A stretch of 64,000 bases of DNA, taken from the IMG/VR virus record IMGVR_UViG_3300027977_000029, positions 7,704 through 71,703 of that record. One strand, written 5' to 3'. Position 1 is the first letter of the stretch; every line of letters starts with the position of its first letter. The position numbers and the translations under genes were made by a program. Below the pieces are notes generated by a model. That model was not told the origin of the DNA, ran no database searches, and worked only from the letters and a program-made list of their open reading frames with translations. Origin of the DNA: a virus. Below, in pieces: positions 22,401 to 30,255 of this stretch.

Positions 22401-24310
22401 AACAGACTGTCAATATCGCTGCAGGCTCTTATACCAAAGCTAACAGTGCTGCCACTGGGTACCTTTACTGGAGTAAAGACAGCACAACTTTGACAGGCCT
22501 GGCTAGTACAGCTGGGGTTGATACAACAACGACTGTCTTGTTGGCGACTTATGCTGCAGGGACACCAGGTCTTTTAGTTGCCACTTATGGTAGAAGCTTT
22601 ATTGACGGTGATCGTATTACAACTGACTCTATCACAGCGGCTCAACTTAAAGCAGGTTCTGTGGTTGCAGGCAAGATTGCTGCAGGTACCATCGGCGGTA
22701 CAGAACTCTCTGCTACGCTATCATTAAGTGTCGGCACAGACGATGATGCATTCTTTGTAAGTGGTGTAAATCCTGATTGGCGCATTTGGGCAGGTAGTAC
22801 AAATCCTGAGTCAGCCCCCTTCAGAGTTTCTAAAGCCGGTAAACTAGTCACAACAAGTCTTGAGACCAGAACTAGTGATAATATCCTTCACTGGTCATCT
22901 GAGGGTGGTCACACCCAAGAAGGCCTCAATCAAATGTTAGCCTTGAGCAGCTCTCAGCTCCCTGTGACAACTTCAAAAACCGGTTCAGTTGCAAGCAGAG
23001 GTCTTACTACGCCTTCTGGAACGCTTACCGACAGCTACATATTAAAGCTCAGGCTTGCGGGGTCTAGTGATCTTTCTCAAAAGGTCTACGTGTCTTTAAA
23101 CGGGTATCATCCAAATCCAAGCAATTTCACAGCTGGGTTTGTTGTCAAACTCTACAGACGCTACAGACAAGCTGTCACAGATACCTTTGGAGCTTGGTCT
23201 GAAATTGCGTCACAGTATCTATCAAAGTTAACTCCAGATCCGTTAGCTAGTCCCACAGACGATATCACGTACGGTCTTTATTCTTACGAGAGTGGTTACT
23301 GGCAGTTTAATATTGGTGATGGGACGTACGACTGGGTAGTTAGTACCAACTATAGCCCAGTTACGCGCAGCGGTAATGATCTATTTTTCTCAGTAACTTC
23401 AACTAACCTTGCTGAGGGCTTCTATGAGTATGCTATCGGGACTGGTTTGGATTTTAGTTCAACACTAGTAACCTCTTATAGGATTGAGACTTCTGATGTC
23501 GATAGTGTACCCAGTATTCTGTTAGGTAGCACAGGTAGCCTTAACTCTGTAAACTTTACTCACCCCCTAGGTTTCATATCTAAACTAGTCGTCCAAGGTC
23601 TTGGAACCACTATTAATGCAAGCTTTGAGACTTGTGTGCTGTATACAAACACTGGTGCTGCTAGGACTGTCAGAAATTTCAGTGGGGTCTGTGATGCAAC
23701 ACGCACTGGCTCGACGCCCACCACGCCTGGACCAGGTGGCATCTCCGAAGACTTTAGAAGTGGGTTTGATAGTTACAAGCAAGCAGGTCTTTGGCTTATT
23801 TCGAATGGTCTTGAGGACCATCTTATTATAGCCAAGCTAACGAACCCGACGCTCCCTGAAAGCTATAGCTACAAGAAACTTCTAAGTATCCTTTTTACAC
23901 CGTCTAACACTCCTGGGGTATTCTTACAGCACATGGGAAAGGTTAGATTAGGTGATGGTTTAATGTGGTCTTCAGGCAATAAGGGTAACTATCGGAGTGG
24001 AAATGACTTGCTTACAACTGATTGGCAAAGCACCCCAATTCGTGGTGGTGAACTTGTTGTAGGCCCTGTAGTCCCTCTTCAAGCACACACAGTTACACTA
24101 CGCGTCAGACCATACGGTGGTTGGATGTATATTGCAGACGCTAACACTTACGAGAGTTATGGGCATCCTACTCTGCCACCTCCTATTGTAGAGTACGACC
24201 ACTCAATTTCAACCCATGAAGTCCCTCTATATTCTGACAATCTATTTGTTATTGCAAATGGCGGAACTAACGCTTCTATCAAAATTGCAGGCTTTGAATT
24301 TGACGTATAA
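16403..24310 (+). CDS. Tail tip/central fibre protein (J-like, 2635 aa) with FN3-like and repeat domains
   Basis: LPIVYGR and NSALCLLDYLT motifs; DTTPPAAPTNL...AVDKSGNRS FN3 pattern; seven internal repeats. Confidence 0.85.
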   Translation: MAAVSTILAVAAFTISAVSAAYQVIQAKKLKEKADAAAEARKGFEVTSEGTAEKLPIVYGRALIGGVRAWAKTGHNFTYPGTSNSNKSFLTGSASQSGYTQDFSTWDTIENFRGVSVARSQNLVPAMESGHLNKSLSGKKNEFLFFQQALCIGPIHAVHDITIDGSRYINDPTVGAFTTTEDDSTARIRAAMRVDCHYAGGVASNIIAANFSERADSIFKDVAYLSGVVRLDRDEPQFSGMVSIQALMEGRLVKTVTNGVLASTRTYSNNSALCLLDYLTDPLGKDIPLDEIDLASFEAGAIISARLARSSVPVGGKIFQPTDGSRDISARNLPLYECNLVVDTRKSVRENIEAILATMGDARLVWSGGVYKLNMQVPETNEDIVLAEVIDDTKLSLDQTIEINWPSGDDKLNHVKVRFSNEHENFKEDVVSWPPKYNSSYYKGVGGHKLATSVGSWDDSKTGGNLLNNHGVWDSTTTTHTSVHRFRVPKSKAGTYTLNFTADSSITIAVKDFQTNVSLYSGTHNNQNTVGSASLSLGSASVEKLYEISITATKSGNSSTRGAAAKLTNSGSVLWSTRDATYTAFDLVEQTNSIYTNMLAEDGIELEAEVFLSGCTDPYHATAKAEEMVRTSRTAAKVKFNYRISDRYLEPGDIIRLESEILNIGIEEDLYVRLDEVKVQVDRTCDLSGSRFDYSQLAFNVADDFYANPAPIFSTRITPPSDIVYSNAFNEAIQNSGRLTWGVSSEPSILQYIVYVHIPSSDANSTAYDASGAPIYTELCRSETNTVVLPPISASSAYFCVKVLTVGGLSLGVYTDRVTAVELSHNWLRRIELSASANAFIANAGGSVSPANSVITATVFNYDSPVYKWFIDGVEQVGQTSSSLTLASFNTTASKTVKVWVSEAGSLDTQVSSLPIFYLEAGADGANGINTATIQLYQRAASAPTKPASTLTYTFATRTLSGNLESWSTTVPAGTNPVYVTAAVASSDATADTIVSADWATPVVLVQNGANGDPGAPGLNSATITLYKRTTGTTPAGPTGDAVYTFATGALSTANLNGWTQTIPSGTAALWAITRSVSTSATTSTITSGQWSTAQIMALNSAIVYIYKRATSVPATPTVSATYNWSTGAITGLDGGWTVTIPSGTDPLYVSAATVLNSQVSIASNAWSTATILSQNGAAGATGSNSAIVTLYRRSATSPAVPTATLTYTFATGVLSGTLSGWTQSIPSGADPLYAILATATSTGATDTIATAEWSTPGILAQNGSEGAPGLNNATVILYRRDTVVPPAPAATLTYTFATGVLSGTLSGWTQSIPSGTDPIYSISALASATGATDSIATGEWTIPRVVAQNGADGADGLNSATVTLYKRATSAPAVPVSSLTYTFSTSLISGALDGWTQNIPTGVDPLYATLATATSTSGTDIILTAEWSTPRVVAQNGVDGLNSITVMLFQRTATDTAPAVPSGSLTYTFGTGTLTGTLGSWTRSVPASGGAYCWVTSAVASSNTASDTIASVDWTSPTVMSRDGTNGTNGVAAISAVLSKPAVTIRTDINGDNGDFSASGTTLYVYEGSTPLTYDGVGTAAGTWRVTVTGSLITPGAVTDSGAFATVANITAISSNNGKITFDVAGKRADGSTFTITSEQTFTKVLGAILDTTPPAAPTNLAVAWTVETLNDGYVQVKGLLTWTASASADIGSYELGIRETGAPAYVTFPASGTSFERIFKLNQAYDFSLVAVDKSGNRSTVPLTLLNQTSSRDTTAPAAPTPDAANTKSSLRSAFLRWTNVATSDLARVLIYEAVVNNGASAPTSASALLISVVNASPSQVGGYTRAGLDATKDYYYWFKSEDTSGNISAAFSTVLGPIASSKLANDDITADSINANKLASNTSLPASLLIGQTGFRLDVNPASIINDPDIAHGQSVVAIEPGRILVSGSTYLSDWRSGADETKINGGVVAANSILASSITVGARGLEISGLNFSITSNTQVSWTAGTITYISDSGTKQTVNIAAGSYTKANSAATGYLYWSKDSTTLTGLASTAGVDTTTTVLLATYAAGTPGLLVATYGRSFIDGDRITTDSITAAQLKAGSVVAGKIAAGTIGGTELSATLSLSVGTDDDAFFVSGVNPDWRIWAGSTNPESAPFRVSKAGKLVTTSLETRTSDNILHWSSEGGHTQEGLNQMLALSSSQLPVTTSKTGSVASRGLTTPSGTLTDSYILKLRLAGSSDLSQKVYVSLNGYHPNPSNFTAGFVVKLYRRYRQAVTDTFGAWSEIASQYLSKLTPDPLASPTDDITYGLYSYESGYWQFNIGDGTYDWVVSTNYSPVTRSGNDLFFSVTSTNLAEGFYEYAIGTGLDFSSTLVTSYRIETSDVDSVPSILLGSTGSLNSVNFTHPLGFISKLVVQGLGTTINASFETCVLYTNTGAARTVRNFSGVCDATRTGSTPTTPGPGGISEDFRSGFDSYKQAGLWLISNGLEDHLIIAKLTNPTLPESYSYKKLLSILFTPSNTPGVFLQHMGKVRLGDGLMWSSGNKGNYRSGNDLLTTDWQSTPIRGGELVVGPVVPLQAHTVTLRVRPYGGWMYIADANTYESYGHPTLPPPIVEYDHSISTHEVPLYSDNLFVIANGGTNASIKIAGFEFDV
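19165..20995 (+). repeat. Seven ~80-90 aa tandem repeats inside the tail tip protein
   Basis: Recurrent NSATV.LY.R...P..P...LTYTFATG.LSG.L.GWTQ.IPSG.DP.Y...W.TP...AQNG; 20018-20079 and 20279-20340 are identical at 61 of 62 nt. Boundaries approximate. Confidence 0.85.
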
Positions 24311-24344
24311 CCTTAGAAATTTTCTTGTAACCTTATAACTCTTG

Positions 24345-24500
24345 TCCAGGTCGAGAGGAAGGGGCCGGTCCCACGCGGGCCGGGGCCACCTGCTACCCAG
24401 AGGCGGTGCAGGGCGGGCGGGTCGGAGCCGCCCATGGCCACCCTACTCCGGCGGCGGCGCGGCCACCCAGAGGCCACTCTCGGGGCCAGGCGGGCCTCCC
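24345..24500. other. GC-rich non-coding island with eight GGCC sites
   Basis: Abrupt composition shift; GGCCAC occurs four times and ACCCAGAGGC twice. Confidence 0.7.
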
Positions 24501-24559
24501 AATTCCTGACAAACTTGCACAATACTCTTAGAAACGAGGGACTAACAATCTGGTCGGTC

Positions 24560-24577
24560 AACCCGTTAAATTAGCCC
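24560..24577 (+). promoter_or_regulatory. Class A motif upstream of the lysis genes
   Basis: AACCCGTTAAATTAGCCC. Confidence 0.7.
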
Positions 24578-24634
24578 AGGGTCCCTCCCCTAAGATAATA
24601 GTAGTCAGTAGTAACCCATTACTAAGAGAATCTC

Positions 24635-25171
24635 ATGTTACCTGCCCTAGTAAGTGGTCTTCTTTCTCAAGGTCTGAACTTAGTTGCTAATGCAGCTCTG
24701 GCCAAGGGTAAAGATTGGATCAAGGACAAGACGGGAGTTGATCTTGACACTCCTCAGCTATCAGAAGAGTCTCTGCTCAAGCTTAAACAGTTTGAGATGG
24801 AGCACGAGGAAGAGCTTATGGCTCTCCAACTTGAAGAGAATAAAGTCTCTGTAGAACTTGAGAAGGCTCGGTTAGCTGATGTCTCAAGTGCCAGGGATAT
24901 GCAGAAAGTTGCATTAACCCAAAATGACTGGCTTGCTAAACACTTTGTATACTTGCTTGCCTCTGTCTGGTCACTCTTTGCTGCGTTGTATATTGGATTT
25001 ATCACCTTTGGTAATATCCCTGAAACCAACGTGAGGTTTGCTGATACGATCCTCGGGTTTATCCTGGGTACCGTTATCGCAACCATCCTGCAGTTCTTCT
25101 TCGGGTCTAGCAGAAGCTCTCAAGTTAAGGACGAGACTATTAAGTCTGCTGTCCGCAGTATGGGAGAATAG
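24635..25171 (+). CDS. Holin-like membrane protein
   Basis: Two C-terminal TM segments ending in FFFGSS; adjacent to the endolysin. Confidence 0.65.
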   Translation: MLPALVSGLLSQGLNLVANAALAKGKDWIKDKTGVDLDTPQLSEESLLKLKQFEMEHEEELMALQLEENKVSVELEKARLADVSSARDMQKVALTQNDWLAKHFVYLLASVWSLFAALYIGFITFGNIPETNVRFADTILGFILGTVIATILQFFFGSSRSSQVKDETIKSAVRSMGE

Positions 25172-25174
25172 CCA

Positions 25175-25501
25175 ATGTCGCTCGGTCAAGAACAAGAAGC
25201 CTTTACCAGAGACCTGGTCAAGTTACTTGCTGAAGCTCACCGTAGAGGTTACGAAGCCCGACTCGGTGAAGTATTCAGACCGCCTGAAATGCAAGAGATC
25301 TACGTCAAGACAGGCAGGTCAAAGACCATGAATAGCATGCACCTTAAGAAGTGCGCTGCTGATATTCACTTTACACAAAATGGTCAAGTAGTGTACCCTA
25401 AAGAACTGGGTGACTACTGGGAAAGTCTCAGCCTTAAGAACCAATGGGGCGGCAACTGGCGTTCCTTCAAAGATAAACCACACTTCCAAAGGACTGTCTA
25501 A
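25175..25501 (+). CDS. Endolysin, M15-family zinc peptidase
   Basis: SMHLKKCAAD (SxHxxxxAxD) and WGGNW...DKPHF motifs. Confidence 0.85.
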   Translation: MSLGQEQEAFTRDLVKLLAEAHRRGYEARLGEVFRPPEMQEIYVKTGRSKTMNSMHLKKCAADIHFTQNGQVVYPKELGDYWESLSLKNQWGGNWRSFKDKPHFQRTV

Positions 25502-25722
25502 TGACTTCCACTATTATTGTTGAATCCCATAATAACCCGGTTCTCGTTGAGACCATTGATAATGACAAGGTGACAGCTGAAGTTGTCCTTTGGCCTGTTG
25601 ATGGCCCTGTCAAGTTCTATACCACGACTACCCGTGAGATTCGTTGTAAGGATCTCAACTACGATCACCCTACTGCCCTCAGGAATCCCGCTAAGGAACC
25701 TGAACCCACTATCTTCGAATAA
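25501..25722 (+). CDS. Hypothetical protein
   Basis: ORF overlapping the endolysin stop codon. Confidence 0.55.
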   Translation: MTSTIIVESHNNPVLVETIDNDKVTAEVVLWPVDGPVKFYTTTTREIRCKDLNYDHPTALRNPAKEPEPTIFE

Positions 25723-25728
25723 AGCTAA

Positions 25729-25755
25729 AGACCTGAGCATGTCTATAAACTGCTC
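25729..25755 (+). ncRNA. H-type pseudoknot element, copy 1
   Basis: AGAC-CT-GAGCA-T-GTCT-ATAAAC-TGCTC. Confidence 0.7.
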
Positions 25756-25763
25756 CACAAAAC

Positions 25764-25788
25764 GCGGAAATCTATCCATCTTATATGA
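25764..25788 (+). promoter_or_regulatory. Class B motif (GCSGRAAWYYWYCCATCTTATATGA), putative early promoter
   Basis: GCGGAAATCTATCCATCTTATATGA; three ungapped copies. Confidence 0.7.
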
Positions 25789-25850
25789 AAGGCTCTCTAA
25801 GAGTCTCTAACCGTACCTTGGATGAGGTACTCAACAGGAGGAATCCTAAA

Positions 25851-26165
25851 ATGTTTGCTGCTATCAAAGACCGCGTTGGCGACGCTCTTCACGCCCTGTT
25901 CTGTCGTCAAGAAGCTGCTGATGTCGTGATCGTCTATCTGGCGAAACCGAATACGCACGTCATGGCGGTCTACCAATGTGATTATCTGGTGGCCACTTAC
26001 ACCATCGGCAACGTGGAACTTCTGCAAAAGGAGTTCCGCAAGCGTAACGGTGAAATGCGCCACTTCCTGTGGAAGCTGACAGCCAAGCATCCGATCATGA
26101 TTGTCGAGGCGGAGACTCCTCGGAATCTGTCGGACCTGCTGGTTGACGGCGTTCCTGCCCTTTAA
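25851..26165 (+). CDS. Early hypothetical protein
   Basis: AGGAGG RBS, ATG at 25851, C/G-ending codons. Confidence 0.65.
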   Translation: MFAAIKDRVGDALHALFCRQEAADVVIVYLAKPNTHVMAVYQCDYLVATYTIGNVELLQKEFRKRNGEMRHFLWKLTAKHPIMIVEAETPRNLSDLLVDGVPAL

Positions 26166-26184
26166 TCCTGGAGAGGGTACTGCT

Positions 26185-26343
26185 ATGGTCTGGAAAGATC
26201 TGATCACTTACATCGTGACCATTCGCTGGCTTAACCACCACGAAGTCTTCACGATCGACGCTACGGACTACGAAGAGCTTTTCAAGAAGCTCGTTGACAA
26301 GGGTCTCATCGGGGCTCAAGGTATCGACATCGAGTTCTACTAA
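26185..26343 (+). CDS. Small early hypothetical protein
   Basis: GGAG RBS, ATG at 26185. Confidence 0.6.
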   Translation: MVWKDLITYIVTIRWLNHHEVFTIDATDYEELFKKLVDKGLIGAQGIDIEFY

Positions 26344-26351
26344 CTACAATC

Positions 26352-26378
26352 AGCCCTGGACATGGCTTTAAACTGTCT
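26352..26378 (+). ncRNA. H-type pseudoknot element, copy 2, followed by a T-rich tract
   Basis: AGCC-CT-GGACA-T-GGCT-TTAAAC-TGTCT. Confidence 0.7.
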
Positions 26379-26413
26379 ACTTCTTTTCTTTTAATTTTTG
26401 ATTGGAGACTAAC

Positions 26414-26787
26414 ATGAAATAGACACCTCAGGTAGAGTAGAATGTGCCACCACGTTTCAACTTCTCGGTTGGGCTATCTGGACTGACCTTTCACCCTTTG
26501 TGCAGGGCTACATCGAGGCTCTGCTTGAAAGCCTTTGCCCTGAAGAGGACGGCTCACGAGCTATGAGGCTTCCTGCTTTTACAGATCTTGCACCTGAGAC
26601 TTTTAAGCGGATCCTTGAAGACTGCGAGGCGTGGCGTAAGACTTACCCAAACGTTAGTCACTGTAAACGGGGCGGTGCAAGCTTCTGGCGTCTTCGCTCC
26701 GAGCAGCTAGTCAAACGGTCAGCCTTCCCACCACTTGCCAGCTATTTGGGCAATGACGCCCTTATATACTTTGGAGAAAGTAGATGA
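26414..26787 (+). CDS. Hypothetical protein with uncertain or frameshifted start
   Basis: Frame open from 26413; the RBS-associated ATG at 26414 is out of frame (ATG AAA TAG). Confidence 0.5.
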
Positions 26788-26966
26788 AAAAGCGTTTTAA
26801 GATCGTTATAGAGTTCGAAGGTGATATCGACATGGTTCCTGGCTGGGGTGACAACACCGCAGACTGGGTCAGGATGATCGCTCGAGACTTCGAACGGCAA
26901 ACCCACTACAACACCAGTGCAAAGGTGATCTCGGAGGAGATTACCAGCGTAGAAATAAAGGATTGA
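26784..26966 (+). CDS. Hypothetical protein
   Basis: ORF with GGAG RBS, overlapping the previous stop. Confidence 0.55.
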   Translation: MKKRFKIVIEFEGDIDMVPGWGDNTADWVRMIARDFERQTHYNTSAKVISEEITSVEIKD

Positions 26967-27149
26967 TTATGGAAAAGTTTAACCCAGCTATTGAGCGATT
27001 TATTTCTTGGCTAATGTCTGCCGGGATGACTCGCCAAGCTGCAATCAACCGTATGCGTCAAGGATCTTAATCACGGCCGACCAAATCCTAAGGTAGGTCT
27101 TATGAAAGCTTTCAAGAACTTACACAACCTTTAACTTGGAGATCTGATA

Positions 27150-27479
27150 ATGTATCTCGATACCACCCAAGTCGCCAAAGCCGCTCTCAAAGCTTATAAA
27201 GAGGGTAGACTCTCAGCTCAAGGCCCTACGCCTGAGTGCGCATACCGGGATAGTAGTGGCCGCCCTTGCGCAATCGGAGCCGCAATTCCTGATAAACTCG
27301 CCGAGGTTCTAACAGGTTCTATCTTCGCCATCATCTCCACCAGGGGCTGGAGGACCAACAACATTCAAGGACTTTCCATGCTGCAAGCAGCCCATGATGA
27401 TTGGGTTTGCGGCCCTAAGTCTCGCTACCGCGAAGAAGATTTTGTGAAAGTCGCTGTGATGCTGGCAGGAGGAGTTTAA
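27150..27479 (+). CDS. CxYR-G-CA(I/V)G family protein, paralog 1
   Basis: CAYRDSSGRPCAIGAAIP...LQAAHD. Confidence 0.65.
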   Translation: MYLDTTQVAKAALKAYKEGRLSAQGPTPECAYRDSSGRPCAIGAAIPDKLAEVLTGSIFAIISTRGWRTNNIQGLSMLQAAHDDWVCGPKSRYREEDFVKVAVMLAGGV

Positions 27480-27481
27480 CT

Positions 27482-27814
27482 ATGACTGACCAAATCAAAC
27501 ACGCTACGCTTCAAGAGTGGATCGAGGCTCTTGAGAGTGGAAAGTACCAACAGCATCGCAAGGAACTTACACCAAATAGCATTCCCATTGAAAGCACAGA
27601 TACTTTGTGCTGCTTGGGAGTTTATTGTAAGATTTCTGGATACACAGGTAACTCAGCCGATCTCCCCTATTTTGCTATTGTGGACGAGAATGTAGAAGTA
27701 CGGGTAGCCGATTGCATTATTTGGAACGATTACGATGATCTAACCTTCCCTGAAATCGCCCAAAAGCTTCGGGAACGTTATCTCAACAGGGGTACCCAAA
27801 ATGCCACGCTTTAA
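27482..27814 (+). CDS. Hypothetical protein with CCLGV...WND...TFPEIA motifs
   Basis: ORF with a strong AGGAGGAG RBS. Confidence 0.65.
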   Translation: MTDQIKHATLQEWIEALESGKYQQHRKELTPNSIPIESTDTLCCLGVYCKISGYTGNSADLPYFAIVDENVEVRVADCIIWNDYDDLTFPEIAQKLRERYLNRGTQNATL

Positions 27815-27971
27815 ATTTGAGAGCGCTTCCCAGCAAGGTTACGTTCTCAACACTCTCACTAGACTTCTGCAAGATATTAATGAACGAAGTCATTCTACTG
27901 CTGAAACCCAGAACCTTCGCCTGGCTATCAAGTGTGTCCTGGATGCGGAAGTTGAAGGAGAGTTCTCATGA
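27801..27971 (+). CDS. Small hypothetical protein (56 aa, below the ORF track cutoff)
   Basis: MPRFKFESASQQ...GEFS; stop overlaps the next ATG. Confidence 0.5.
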   Translation: MPRFKFESASQQGYVLNTLTRLLQDINERSHSTAETQNLRLAIKCVLDAEVEGEFS

Positions 27972-28159
27972 AGAAGTTCTGGCTGGTATACTGTCCAAGG
28001 TACTCAGTTATGTATCGGATGCCCAATAGAATAGAAGCCGCCTGTGAAGCAGACCGGCTCGCCAGAAAAGAGCCTGGGAAAACTTTCGTAGTTCTTGAGG
28101 CGGTAGCCTCTTATCAAGTCACGCCCTCAGAAGTTGTTGTTAAACTGCTGGATTCCTGA
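27968..28159 (+). CDS. Hypothetical protein
   Basis: EADRLARKEPGKTFVVLE; AAGGAG RBS. Confidence 0.6.
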   Translation: MKKFWLVYCPRYSVMYRMPNRIEAACEADRLARKEPGKTFVVLEAVASYQVTPSEVVVKLLDS

Positions 28160-28161
28160 CT

Positions 28162-28443
28162 ATGGAGATCTCAAGTTGTTCTAACTGTAGTGAGTATCAC
28201 TACTCTGCCTGCACCCTCTACGCTTTTTACCCAAAAGTCCTTCATTACTGCAGTTCTCACACGCCAGCCTACGGTACTACCACACTGCCTGAGGCTTTCT
28301 TGCTGGGAGCTTTTGCTAATGAGCGTTGGTTGCTTACAAGCAAACAAATCTCAGAATGGGAGACTGTGGGAGAAGTGGTAGAGATTCTTAACTTTCTGGA
28401 AATCTTTGATTCCTGGGCGTCTATCCTAACAGGAGACCTATGA
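28162..28443 (+). CDS. Cys-rich hypothetical protein
   Basis: CSNC...C...C..H. Confidence 0.5.
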   Translation: MEISSCSNCSEYHYSACTLYAFYPKVLHYCSSHTPAYGTTTLPEAFLLGAFANERWLLTSKQISEWETVGEVVEILNFLEIFDSWASILTGDL

Positions 28444-28826
28444 TGACACCCCAAGAAATCTTTGACACCGTTGCCACTCACCTGTTTACACAAGGTGAGC
28501 GTGCTACTGACAATTATACTTGCGTGTATCGTACACCTGAGGGTCTCAAGTGTGCGGTTGGCTGTCTTATCCCTAACAAGCTCTATCGAGTGTCTATGGA
28601 AGGAACTGTGCTCGATGGTCTCCTGCGGGATACAACATGCCAGCTTCCCAAGTATTTTAGAGAGAACAGAGAGCTTCTAAGAAAGCTACAGACTGCTCAT
28701 GACAATCAGGACAACTGGAGCAGTTCCCGGCACATGCGTAAGCGCCTGGAAGAGATTGCTAAGGAGCACTACCTCAACTACGATATACTTAAAACTCTTA
28801 GTTTCTCATGGGATATAGCTCAATGA
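28440..28826 (+). CDS. CxYR-G-CA(I/V)G family protein, paralog 2
   Basis: MTPQEIFDTVATHLFTQG...CVYRTPEGLKCAVGCLIP...LQTAHD. Confidence 0.7.
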   Translation: MMTPQEIFDTVATHLFTQGERATDNYTCVYRTPEGLKCAVGCLIPNKLYRVSMEGTVLDGLLRDTTCQLPKYFRENRELLRKLQTAHDNQDNWSSSRHMRKRLEEIAKEHYLNYDILKTLSFSWDIAQ

Positions 28827-29185
28827 CACCTCAACAAATTTTCGATACCGTCGCCACCCACCTGTTTACTCAAGGACACCCAGCCAAAAACCCGGATGGG
28901 TTCTGCGTATACCGCGCATACAGCGGGGATAAGTGCGCAGTTGGGTGTCTGATTCCTGACAGTGAGTATGAACCCCAGATGGAGAGTCAAAGCGTTAAAG
29001 AGTTAGTAATTCGATTTAAGACTCCTCTGTATTTTGCAGAGAACTTGGAGTTCCTTACTGAGTTGCAGAAGGTTCATGATTTCGTCGAATCTTGGACCTC
29101 TGAACAAACTCTGAAGCTTGCGTTATACAGAGTCGCTAGTGATTATAAGCTAAACCCTCACGTCTTGATCGGTTTAACTCTCTAA
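28823..29185 (+). CDS. CxYR-G-CA(I/V)G family protein, paralog 3
   Basis: MTPQQIFDTVATHLFTQG...CVYRAYSGDKCAVGCLIP...LQKVHD. Confidence 0.7.
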   Translation: MTPQQIFDTVATHLFTQGHPAKNPDGFCVYRAYSGDKCAVGCLIPDSEYEPQMESQSVKELVIRFKTPLYFAENLEFLTELQKVHDFVESWTSEQTLKLALYRVASDYKLNPHVLIGLTL

Positions 29186-29203
29186 AGAATAGGAAGTAAG
29201 CTA

Positions 29204-29542
29204 ATGTTGACTCGTAAACTTTTCTCGTCTGGTTATCTCAGGGCAAATCCTGGCATCAAAATTCTTGTAGAGGTAACTATCTCTAAATACCAACCTGATC
29301 TCAGAAGCTCGAATCTTGGAGTAGACGCCAATGGTGAGTATCTTGGCGTTATTCCAGTGAGTTCCGTAGTTGACTTGCTTGCAGAACCTTTCAAACCAGG
29401 TGACCTAGTGAAGTACGATGAGATTAGCCGCGGGAAAGTCGTCTATGTTGCTCCCGACGGTATGGTCGCTGTTATCTGGGGTGATAACAGTAAAGGTTGG
29501 TGGGAACCTGATAAGCTTGAAAGGGACTTTGATGTCATTTAA
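29204..29542 (+). CDS. Hypothetical protein with a C-terminal KOW/SH3-like segment
   Basis: FKPGDLVKY...GKVVYV. Confidence 0.55.
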   Translation: MLTRKLFSSGYLRANPGIKILVEVTISKYQPDLRSSNLGVDANGEYLGVIPVSSVVDLLAEPFKPGDLVKYDEISRGKVVYVAPDGMVAVIWGDNSKGWWEPDKLERDFDVI

Positions 29543-29930
29543 CCTGTTCAAACGCGACTACAAAGCTCTTCGGCAGATCAATGGAGCAGTCTCAGGACCA
29601 CTCGCGCGATTGTTCTACCTTAGAGGCATGTATGTAATGTATGCCGAGTCTAACGAGGTCTCTCTTAGAAACTTCGTTCCCATCTTTCGTGCCGCCAATG
29701 CCCTTGAGATTTGTGTTCTATACTTTGAGTATACTGAGTCCCACATCAAGGGGCTTGAGATGCTTACCAACGAGGAATTCAGTAAGTTGCCTCGCCGGTA
29801 TCAACTAGAAGCTGTAAAGCTAGAGAGTCTCTTCAACAACATCAATCTCTGGAGTCGCAACCTGTGCCCTGGTCGAAACGCCACAAGCTCCTCAAACTTG
29901 TCGCCTCTAACGCGAATGTCCTTACACTAG
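29532..29930 (+). CDS. Hypothetical protein
   Basis: ATG at 29532 in ORF 29418..29930. Confidence 0.5.
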   Translation: MSFNLFKRDYKALRQINGAVSGPLARLFYLRGMYVMYAESNEVSLRNFVPIFRAANALEICVLYFEYTESHIKGLEMLTNEEFSKLPRRYQLEAVKLESLFNNINLWSRNLCPGRNATSSSNLSPLTRMSLH

Positions 29931-30022
29931 CTGGAGTCGTGCTAGGTCTTATTGTTGTGCTTGGCCTTGTTGTTGAAATCGTTTGTTCTGTGGTGAGGTG
30001 GACACGTGCAAGTAGCTCTTAA
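29864..30022 (+). CDS. Small single-TM protein (52 aa)
   Basis: GGAG RBS and GTG start; LTLAGVVLGLIVVLGLVVEIV. Confidence 0.45.
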   Translation: MPWSKRHKLLKLVASNANVLTLAGVVLGLIVVLGLVVEIVCSVVRWTRASSS

Positions 30023-30064
30023 CTTATTCCTGGCGTTCCTCCTAATTCTTGGAGGTGTATGTTT

Positions 30065-30089
30065 GCGGGAAATCTTCCATCTTATATGA
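30065..30089 (+). promoter_or_regulatory. Class B motif, putative early promoter
   Basis: GCGGGAAATCTTCCATCTTATATGA. Confidence 0.7.
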
Positions 30090-30109
30090 AAGTCCTAGAA
30101 AGGTCTAAT

Positions 30110-30241
30110 ATGAGGTTTCTAACCTTGATCTTTGTAATCATCTTCAACGTGTTGATGATCGTCATCAGCACTGTCCTTGCCGATAAGCTCATGGGGTCTG
30201 CTTGGTTCAAGAAGCATATCCACAAGTTCTCGGTCCTTTAA
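30110..30241 (+). CDS. Small membrane protein
   Basis: AGAAAGGTCT RBS; hydrophobic N-terminus. Confidence 0.55.
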   Translation: MRFLTLIFVIIFNVLMIVISTVLADKLMGSAWFKKHIHKFSVL

Positions 30242-30255
30242 AGAAAGGTCTTACT

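Noticed and set aside
24313-24561. 82-aa minus-strand ORF over the GC island, and the similar 47679..47867 ORF
   Set aside because: Open only because high GC suppresses stop codons; Arg/Pro/Gly-rich and opposite to all other genes.
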